From Planctomycetota bacterium (lineage in GTDB: Bacteria; Planctomycetota; JAPUJT01): a stretch of DNA of 64,000 bases. This document shows, in pieces, positions 57,611 through 64,000 of this stretch. Each line of letters opens with the position of its first letter. Position 1 is the stretch's first letter. The stretch spans positions 1,858-65,857 of the forward strand of contig JAPUJT010000023.1 of NCBI GenBank assembly GCA_027296055.1. Direction: 5' to 3'. The notes under the pieces are model-generated. The model was not told the origin of the DNA, ran no database searches, and was given only the letters and a program-made list of their open reading frames with translations. The translations under genes were made by a program, and so were the position numbers.

Positions 57611-58774
57611 TTGCGAATCGCCTACTTCGATCCGATAGGGGGCGCGGCCGGGGACATGATCCTCGCCGCGTTGCTCGACGCCGGCCTTCCGGCAGCCGCT
57701 CTCAGGAGAGAGATCGCGAAGATCGGGATCCGGGGAGCGAAGCTCACGATTCGCAAGGAGCAGCGAGGAGTAATCCAGGCGACGCGGGTAGATGTGAAGC
57801 TTCCCGGCTCCTCCCGGCAAAAACCCGTCGGGCTGAAGGACGTGGTTCGAGTCCTCGAGAAGAGCAAGCTGTCAGACGAAATCCGAGGTAAGGCAAAGTC
57901 GATCTTCCGGAGGCTCGCGCAGGCCGAGGCGGCGGTTCACGGCACGACGGTGGGCAGGGTCCATCTCCACGAGGCGGGGGCGCGCGACGCCCTGATCGAT
58001 GTCGTCGGGGCCGTGGCCGGGCTCTCCCTGCTCGGCGTGGAACGAGTCCTGTGCGCTCCCCTGAATCTGGGCACGGGGACCGTCGATTCTCAGCACGGTA
58101 CGCTCCCCCTACCCGCCCCGGCGACGGTCGAGCTGCTCAAGGGTCACGAGGTCTGGTTCGCCGATGAGCTGGGCGAGCACACGACGCCCACCGGGGCCGC
58201 CATCCTCTCCACGCTTTGCGGCTCCTTCGGGCCCCCTCCGCTGCTCAAGATCGAGCAAGTGGGATACGGAGCCGGGACTCGCGATGACGGCGTGGTCCCC
58301 AATCTCCTCCGGGTCTTCGTCGGGGAGGTGGCGGGCCCGCCAGGAGAGAAGGTCTGGATCCTGGAGACCGGGATCGACGACATGAACCCGGAGCATTACA
58401 CCCACCTGTTCGACCGGCTCCAGAAGGCCGGCGCCCTCGAGGTCTCCGCCACTCCCACGTACATGAAGAAGAACCGACCGGGAACGCTGCTGCGAGTGGT
58501 GACACATGGGGATCGGATCTCCCAGCTGGAGGAAATCCTCCTGAGGGAGACGACGACTTTCGGTCTGCGTCGCCACGCGGCGGAGAGAACCTGCCTCGAC
58601 CGCCGGACGGAGAGAGTGAAGACCCGTTACGGGACCGTCCGGGTCAAGGTCGGGCTGCTCGGTGGAGACGTGGTCACCCGCTCTCCCGAGTTCGAAGACT
58701 GCCGCAAGCTGGCGGACCGCGCCGGGGTTCCCCTGAAACGGGTCTACGAGGCGGCGCTACGCTCTCAGAGCTGA
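57611..58774 (+). CDS. larC: Nickel pincer cofactor biosynthesis protein LarC
   Basis: GAAGDM, VHLHEAG..D..IDVVG, PAPAT, TPTGAA, ETGIDD, MKKNRPG, ETTTFG, PEFEDC. Confidence 0.95.
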   Translation: MRIAYFDPIGGAAGDMILAALLDAGLPAAALRREIAKIGIRGAKLTIRKEQRGVIQATRVDVKLPGSSRQKPVGLKDVVRVLEKSKLSDEIRGKAKSIFRRLAQAEAAVHGTTVGRVHLHEAGARDALIDVVGAVAGLSLLGVERVLCAPLNLGTGTVDSQHGTLPLPAPATVELLKGHEVWFADELGEHTTPTGAAILSTLCGSFGPPPLLKIEQVGYGAGTRDDGVVPNLLRVFVGEVAGPPGEKVWILETGIDDMNPEHYTHLFDRLQKAGALEVSATPTYMKKNRPGTLLRVVTHGDRISQLEEILLRETTTFGLRRHAAERTCLDRRTERVKTRYGTVRVKVGLLGGDVVTRSPEFEDCRKLADRAGVPLKRVYEAALRSQS

Positions 58775-58811
58775 ACGGCTAGGAGTCCTCACTCTTCCTT
58801 CAAGGCCTGCC

Positions 58812-59558
58812 CTAATGTTCGCCCGTGTTCAGGTGGTGGATCGAGTGCGGGACCTCCAGGCCATGCCCTTCCATCAGATCTCGATCGGAGAGGATGGCCA
58901 CCGATCGGCCATCGGCGACGACCACTCCGCCGTCGAGGACCACGCACCGCTCGCAGACCTCCAGGATCAGGTCCAGGTCGTGAGTGGCGATCAGCTGGGT
59001 CTGGGGCAAGTTCATCAGGATCCGGATGAGGGACCTCCTCCCCCGGGGGTCGAGGTTGCTCGTCGGTTCGTCGAGGACGAGCATCCTGGGATCCATCGAG
59101 AGGACGGTCGCGATCGCCACTCCCCGCTTCTCTCCGTCGGACAGATGGTGAGGGGCCTTGTCTTCATACCCGCCCAGGCGCACGCGTCCGAGAGCTTCCT
59201 CCACCCGGCCCTTCACCTCGTCTTCCGGGAGTCCCATCTGAAGGGGACCGAACGCGACGTCCTCGAAGACCGTCGGCATGAACAGCTGGTCATCGGGGTC
59301 CTGGAAGACGAGACCCACGCGGCGCCGTATCTCCTTCAGGTTGGGTGGCCCGGTCTCGAGACCGAAGATCTTCACGCTGCCATCTCCACGCAGGATGGCG
59401 TTGAGATGGAGGAGCAAAGTCGATTTCCCCGCGCCGTTTGGCCCCACGAGGCCGACCTTCTCTCCCTCCCCTATCCGCAGGTCCACCCCGTCGAGGGCGC
59501 GGGTCCCATCCGGGTAGGCGTAGGAGAGCCCTATCAGACGGATCGCATCTTCACTCAC
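58812..59558 (-). CDS. cbiO: ECF transporter ATPase (CbiO/NikO)
   Basis: GPNGAGKST, VFQDPDDQLF, LSDGEK, LDEPT. Confidence 0.93.
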   Translation of the reverse strand: MSEDAIRLIGLSYAYPDGTRALDGVDLRIGEGEKVGLVGPNGAGKSTLLLHLNAILRGDGSVKIFGLETGPPNLKEIRRRVGLVFQDPDDQLFMPTVFEDVAFGPLQMGLPEDEVKGRVEEALGRVRLGGYEDKAPHHLSDGEKRGVAIATVLSMDPRMLVLDEPTSNLDPRGRRSLIRILMNLPQTQLIATHDLDLILEVCERCVVLDGGVVVADGRSVAILSDRDLMEGHGLEVPHSIHHLNTGEH

Positions 59559-60325
59559 AGGACTCTCCCGGTGAGCCAGATCCCCTCGAGCAAGGCGAAG
59601 GTGATCCCGATGAAGGCGCTATCCCGGATCGTCCAGCGCAGGCGGCTCATCGCTCGTATCTCCCCTCCGAAACCCCGCGCCAGCATCGCCGCGTAGACCC
59701 GCTCCGCTCGCTCATAGGTTCTGAGAAACAGGACGCCGAGTACCGATGCGAGGACCCGCAACGTCCCGCGGCCCCCCCGCGACGCCACGGCCCGGCGAAT
59801 CCGATGGATCTCGTCCTGGAGGACGAAAAGGTACCTGTAGAGGAAGGAGAGGATCAAGATCAGGGTCTTCGGGAACTTCAGTCCCCGCAGACCCTGAAGC
59901 AACTGGGAGAAGCGGGTGGTCGACGTGAGCACAAGGACCATCAGGACGGAGGTCATCGCCTTGCACAGGATCTCGCCGCACCGCACCAGGCCCTCCTCGG
60001 TCACTGCGAGTCCAGGCAGCGGCCGGAAGATGACGTTCTCGCCCCCGACGAAGGGTATGAAGATCACCAGCATCAGCACGAAAGGGATCACGACGAGACA
60101 TCGGGCGAGGAGATAGGTGACGGGGACGCGCGAGGCGACGATCAGCGCGAGGAGAGCGATGAGACAGGCTACGAATCGCGGGGCGGTCTCTTCCCAGGGC
60201 GCTCCGAACGGAAGAAGGACAACGGTCAGCACGGAGGCGAGGGCGCCGAGGATCTTGGCGCGAGGATCCAGGCGGTGAACCGGGCTGTCGAGATCGGCAT
60301 ACTTATCGATGAACGCGTGATGCAC
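59555..60325 (-). CDS. cbiQ: ECF transporter T component (CbiQ/NikQ)
   Basis: HRLDPRAK, YRYLFVL, ASRG, ERAERVYAAMLARG. Confidence 0.93.
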   Translation of the reverse strand: MHHAFIDKYADLDSPVHRLDPRAKILGALASVLTVVLLPFGAPWEETAPRFVACLIALLALIVASRVPVTYLLARCLVVIPFVLMLVIFIPFVGGENVIFRPLPGLAVTEEGLVRCGEILCKAMTSVLMVLVLTSTTRFSQLLQGLRGLKFPKTLILILSFLYRYLFVLQDEIHRIRRAVASRGGRGTLRVLASVLGVLFLRTYERAERVYAAMLARGFGGEIRAMSRLRWTIRDSAFIGITFALLEGIWLTGRVL

Positions 60326-60560
60326 CCTTCGACCTCTTTCTCAGGCTCCCCAGGCCCACGATGATCGTGAAGACGAGTGTCGCGCCCGCCGCCGTCCGGA
60401 AGGCCACACGCCAGAACGGCTCGGACGCCTCCTCCGGCACATCGATCCCGTGCTCCTCGAGCGCCTTCTCCAGCCCGTCAGGCGATCTTGACTTCAGCGC
60501 AACCGACGCGACCGCCAGCGCCGCCGACAGGATCAATCCTCCAACCACGAGACCCTTCAT
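60303..60560 (-). CDS. Small PDGLE-motif membrane protein (NikN-like)
   Basis: Two TM helices flanking SPDGLEK. ATGA overlap with cbiM. Confidence 0.8.
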   Translation of the reverse strand: MKGLVVGGLILSAALAVASVALKSRSPDGLEKALEEHGIDVPEEASEPFWRVAFRTAAGATLVFTIIVGLGSLRKRSKGASRVHR

Positions 60561-61216
60561 CGGGACGCTTCCATCAGGGGACGAAGGGATGCCGGGAGGA
60601 TGTCCGGCCGGTTGTGAGCCAGATAGCGAAGGACGCTCACAGTGATGATCCCCTCCAGGACGCCGATCAGCATGTGATAGGCCCCCACTAGGATCAGCCC
60701 CTCCTTCAGGGGAATCGTCCCCGAGAGACCGATCTCGAGCGCGGCGGCCAGCGATGGGACCACGACGGACATCCAGCCGGCTACGAACGGAGCGACGGTT
60801 CGTCTCCATCCCGTCCCGCTCCCGACCCGATTCGCGAGACCATGAACCGACCAACCGACGAGGGAGGCGATGATGGCCAGATTGACGATATTCGCCCCCA
60901 GGGCCGTCACGCCCCCGTCCCCGAGGATCAGGCACTGGATGATGAGGATGCACGCCATCACGAGGATCGAGGCGGACGGCCCCACCAGGATGGCCAGGAG
61001 TGCGGAACCGATCAGGTGGCCCGACATGCCGACCCCGACGGGGATCTTCAAGATCTGCGCGGCGAAGAGAAATGCGCCGAGCACTCCCATCAAGGGGATC
61101 TTGCTCTCATTTTCCTTCCACCCGCAAAGCCTCTCCGCCACGACGACCCCGCCGACGGCGACGCCGGCAAGGGGCACCCAGACGATCGGCTGCAGAACGG
61201 CGTCAGGAATGTGCAT
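60557..61216 (-). CDS. cbiM: Ni/Co ECF substrate component (CbiM/NikM)
   Basis: MHIPD N-terminus, SGHLIG, DGGVTALGAN, EGIIT. Confidence 0.95.
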   Translation of the reverse strand: MHIPDAVLQPIVWVPLAGVAVGGVVVAERLCGWKENESKIPLMGVLGAFLFAAQILKIPVGVGMSGHLIGSALLAILVGPSASILVMACILIIQCLILGDGGVTALGANIVNLAIIASLVGWSVHGLANRVGSGTGWRRTVAPFVAGWMSVVVPSLAAALEIGLSGTIPLKEGLILVGAYHMLIGVLEGIITVSVLRYLAHNRPDILPASLRPLMEASR

Positions 61217-61220
61217 CAGC

Positions 61221-61634
61221 TCACAGCCCCTCTCCCGTCGACGTCATCGTGAGCCTCCCGTGCTTCACGTCCCTCGTGCTGATGATCCGGTCGGCGATCG
61301 ACTTGACCTCCCCCGCCTTCCCGCGCATCACGAGGACCTCGAGACAGTTGTGCTGATCGAGGTGGACGTGAAGGGTGGAGATGATCTCCCCGTGATGGCC
61401 GTGCTGGATGTCGGTCAGGCGTCGGACGATGTCACGCGCGTCGTGGTCGTAGACGAGCGTAAGAGTCCCGACGATCTCCTCACCGCCAGCCACCTCCTCC
61501 TCGACCAGCGTGTCCCGGACGAGGTCGCGGATCGCTTCGGAACGGTTCGCGTATCCCTTGGAAACGATGAGGCGATCGAACTTCCCCAGAAGACTGGGGG
61601 ACATGGAGACCCCGAAGCGGGCGATGCCTTCCAA
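61221..61634 (-). CDS. nikR: Nickel-responsive regulator NikR
   Basis: [28 protein letters not shown]. Confidence 0.96.
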   Translation of the reverse strand: MEGIARFGVSMSPSLLGKFDRLIVSKGYANRSEAIRDLVRDTLVEEEVAGGEEIVGTLTLVYDHDARDIVRRLTDIQHGHHGEIISTLHVHLDQHNCLEVLVMRGKAGEVKSIADRIISTRDVKHGRLTMTSTGEGL

Positions 61635-61677
61635 CGCGCTACCTCCTGAAGGAAGTCATTGGTTCTGAACTGGTTTC

Positions 61678-61704
61678 GTGTTACTATTCCAGCAATAGTA
61701 ACAA
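61678..61704. promoter_or_regulatory. Probable NikR operator overlapping an extended -10 element
   Basis: Perfect inverted repeat TGTTACTATT-ccagc-AATAGTAACA (61679-61703), about 45 nt upstream of nikR. TGtTACTAT on the minus strand lies within it. Confidence 0.8.
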
Positions 61705-61775
61705 CTCCTCCGGTCACCGTCCCAGACAAATCTAGAAGGCAATTCGTAAACTGTTTATTGATAAAAGGTTACAGC

Positions 61776-63047
61776 CTATGCGGATCCGCTCTCCCAGGTG
61801 GACTCTCCCCGTATCAGATCCTCGAAGGTCTCTCGCTTTCTGACGACCTTCCAGTCCTTCCCGTCGACCATCACCTCCGGAGGCCGAGGACGGCTGTTGT
61901 AGTTGGAGGCCATGGCGAACGAGTAGGCCCCTGCCGAGAAGACGGCGAGGTAAGCGCCTGCCTCGACCGGGGGGATCTTGCGGTCCTTGGCGAGGAAGTC
62001 GCCACTCTCGCAGATCGGCCCGACAATGTCCGCCGCTGGAAAGGACCCCTCCCCTTCGGGCTCGTCCGTGACAACGGGCCAGATCCGATGGTAGGAACCG
62101 TAGAGGCTGGGGCGGATCAGATCGTTCATCCCTCCGTCAGTCACGAGAAACCGCTTCTTTCCCATCTGCTTCCTGTAGAGGGCCTGGACGACCAGTATCC
62201 CCGCGTTCCCCACGATGAATCGGCCCGGCTCTATGAGCAACTTCCACCGGCCTCCGCTGGCGAGAGGTCGGACGGCTTCCCCGATATCCGCGGCCGACAG
62301 GGCCTCACCCCTCCGGTAGTCGATCCCGAACCCGCCTCCCATGTTGATGTAGCGGATCGGAAGGTCTTCTTCTTCCAGCTCCTTCGCCAGGGCGATCGTC
62401 CTCTCAACCGCCTTGACGTAGGGGTCTACCGTGGTGATCTGGGATCCGATGTGTACATGGAGTCCGAGCAGCTGGATTCCAGGGAGGCGGGCGCACTTTC
62501 GCAAGACCTCCCTCGCTTCCGGGATGGGGATCCCGAACTTGTTTTCCTCTTTGCCGGTGGTGATGTACTCATGCGTTGACGGATCGACGTCCGGGTTCAG
62601 GCGGACGGCGACGCCGGCCCTCTTCCCCTCTGCTCGCGCCACGTGGTCGACCGCGATGAGCTCCTCGTCCGACTCGATGTTGATCATCAGGATCCCGGAT
62701 CGGATCGCGTGCCGGATCTCCTCCTCCGTCTTGCCGACCCCCGAGAAGATGATCTTCTCCGGGTCCGCGCCGACCATGCGAGCCTTCTTCAGTTCCCCGA
62801 CCGAAACGACATCGAATCCACACCCGGCATCCTGCAAGGTCTGGATCACGGCCAGGTTCGAGTTTGCCTTGATCGAGTAGCAGACGAGGAAATCGGGCTC
62901 GGGGAAGGCCTCCCGAAGCCTCTCATGGTGATGGAGGAGCGTCCTGCGGCTGTAGATGTAGAGCGGCGTGCCTTCACGGGAAGCGATTTCCCGTACCGGC
63001 ACTTCTTCACAGTAGAGTTCGCCGTTCCGGTAGTTGAAGAAGTCCAA
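61776..63047 (-). CDS. lysA: Diaminopimelate decarboxylase
   Basis: YSIKAN, DVVSVGE, RLNP, KFG, HVHIGSQ, EPGR, GPICESGD, MASNYN. TTG start. Confidence 0.97.
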   Translation of the reverse strand: MDFFNYRNGELYCEEVPVREIASREGTPLYIYSRRTLLHHHERLREAFPEPDFLVCYSIKANSNLAVIQTLQDAGCGFDVVSVGELKKARMVGADPEKIIFSGVGKTEEEIRHAIRSGILMINIESDEELIAVDHVARAEGKRAGVAVRLNPDVDPSTHEYITTGKEENKFGIPIPEAREVLRKCARLPGIQLLGLHVHIGSQITTVDPYVKAVERTIALAKELEEEDLPIRYINMGGGFGIDYRRGEALSAADIGEAVRPLASGGRWKLLIEPGRFIVGNAGILVVQALYRKQMGKKRFLVTDGGMNDLIRPSLYGSYHRIWPVVTDEPEGEGSFPAADIVGPICESGDFLAKDRKIPPVEAGAYLAVFSAGAYSFAMASNYNSRPRPPEVMVDGKDWKVVRKRETFEDLIRGESTWESGSA

Positions 63048-63099
63048 CGGCTGCCCCCCCGGCGAGGCGCGATCGCGCCACAAAACGGTTTCGGAAGGG

Positions 63100-63128
63100 A
63101 TTATACCGGTGGTGGATCCGGGCCACAA
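63100..63128 (-). promoter_or_regulatory. sigma70-like promoter of lysA
   Basis: TTGTGG-17-TATAAT, overlapping a hairpin (63116-63140) downstream of the sigma gene. Confidence 0.5.
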
Positions 63129-63156
63129 GGCGGCCCGGATGGCTAGGTCAGATAGA

Positions 63157-63933
63157 TCAGGCGACGAGGTCTTGGCGGAGCCTCTGGAGATGCGTGCGAA
63201 GTCGCTCGATGATGCGTGAATGGAGCTGGCACACCCTCGATTCGGAAAGGCCGAGGGAGGCGCCAATCTCGCGCATCGTCAACTCTTCGTAGTAATAGAG
63301 GATCAGGATGATGCGCTCCCGGCGGTTGAGAATCTTCATCACGAGATCCATGACTTCCTTCTTGGCAATCTCGTGGATCGGATCGATGGCCTGCTTGTCC
63401 TCGATGTGGTCGATCGTTCGCAGGACCCGACTCTCGTCCCCGTCATCGGCGCTTTCCCCGAGCGAGACGATCGTGACGGCGCTCGCCTCCCTCACCAGGT
63501 CGTCGTACTCGTCGACATCGATTCCGAGCCGCTCGGACATTTCTCGAGCGGAGGGAGACCGACCCAGCTCCATCTCCAGCCTCTTCTTCGCCGCTTCCAG
63601 GCGGTGAGCCTTGCTCCGGACGAGCCGGGGGACCCAGTCCATCGCACGGAGGCCGTCGAGGATCGCTCCCCGGATCCGGGTGGTGCAGTACGTCTCGAAC
63701 TTCACTCCCCGGTTCAGGTCGTATCCGTCGATAGCGTCCATCAGCCCGAAGACGCCTGCGCTCGTCAGGTCATCCAGCTCGACGCTCTGGGGAAGCTTCG
63801 ACAGAAGCCGTTCCGCCAGGTAGCGAACCAGTGGAAAGTAGATCTCCACCAGACGGTTCCGAGAATCTTCGGAGCCGGTCTTCTTGAATTCCTTCCACAG
63901 CCCTTCCGGGTTTTTCAGAGTTTTCCACGCCAC
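63157..63933 (-). CDS. fliA: FliA/WhiG-family (sigma-28-like) RNA polymerase sigma factor
   Basis: DDLTSAGVFGL, KFETY..RIRGAILD.LR..DWVPR, LYYYEELTMREIG..LGLSESRVCQLH. Confidence 0.92.
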   Translation of the reverse strand: MAWKTLKNPEGLWKEFKKTGSEDSRNRLVEIYFPLVRYLAERLLSKLPQSVELDDLTSAGVFGLMDAIDGYDLNRGVKFETYCTTRIRGAILDGLRAMDWVPRLVRSKAHRLEAAKKRLEMELGRSPSAREMSERLGIDVDEYDDLVREASAVTIVSLGESADDGDESRVLRTIDHIEDKQAIDPIHEIAKKEVMDLVMKILNRRERIILILYYYEELTMREIGASLGLSESRVCQLHSRIIERLRTHLQRLRQDLVA

Positions 63934-64000
63934 GCGAGTGTCCTCGTCCAGGGGTTGTTAACTCCCTCGGGAAGCCCTGTTCCCTTCCCGGGGGGTCGTG

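Overview
High-GC bacterial chromosomal window, densely coding, with about 41 credible CDSs. No rRNA, tRNA, CRISPR array, transposase, integrase or reverse transcriptase was seen. The gene repertoire (UAP1-type pyrophosphorylase, HEAT/TPR and DUF4388 proteins, Ser/Thr kinase, sulfatase-like and FGE-like proteins, WhiG-like sigma) suggests a Planctomycetota-like organism (inference). From left to right: a giant coiled-coil HD-GYP protein; a stand-alone Lrp ligand-binding domain; a large membrane-anchored M64 metallopeptidase; glycosyl- and formyltransferases; a structured 650-bp intergenic region; a trypsin-like protease; a MoxR-DUF58-transglutaminase operon; an aminotransferase; three tandem PilX-like paralogs; nadC; a surface-glycan locus (sulfotransferase, sulfatase-like enzyme, WecA, deacetylase-GNAT fusion); HEAT/TPR genes; three tandem Kelch lipoproteins converging on a partial T2SS/T4P assembly operon; an FGE-like/kinase/larC unit; a NikR-controlled nickel ECF transporter; lysA; and a FliA/WhiG sigma factor. 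The best candidate for an undescribed system is the PilX-like triplet. Each copy has its own sigma70 promoter with a palindromic operator, one promoter has a 9-nt G/C tract inside its 17-bp spacer, and one gene is frameshifted at a G8 tract. This looks like a phase-variable pilus-tip repertoire, but it needs read-level confirmation. Start codons were adjusted by eye from the ORF track, and all functional calls come from motif recognition without database searches.
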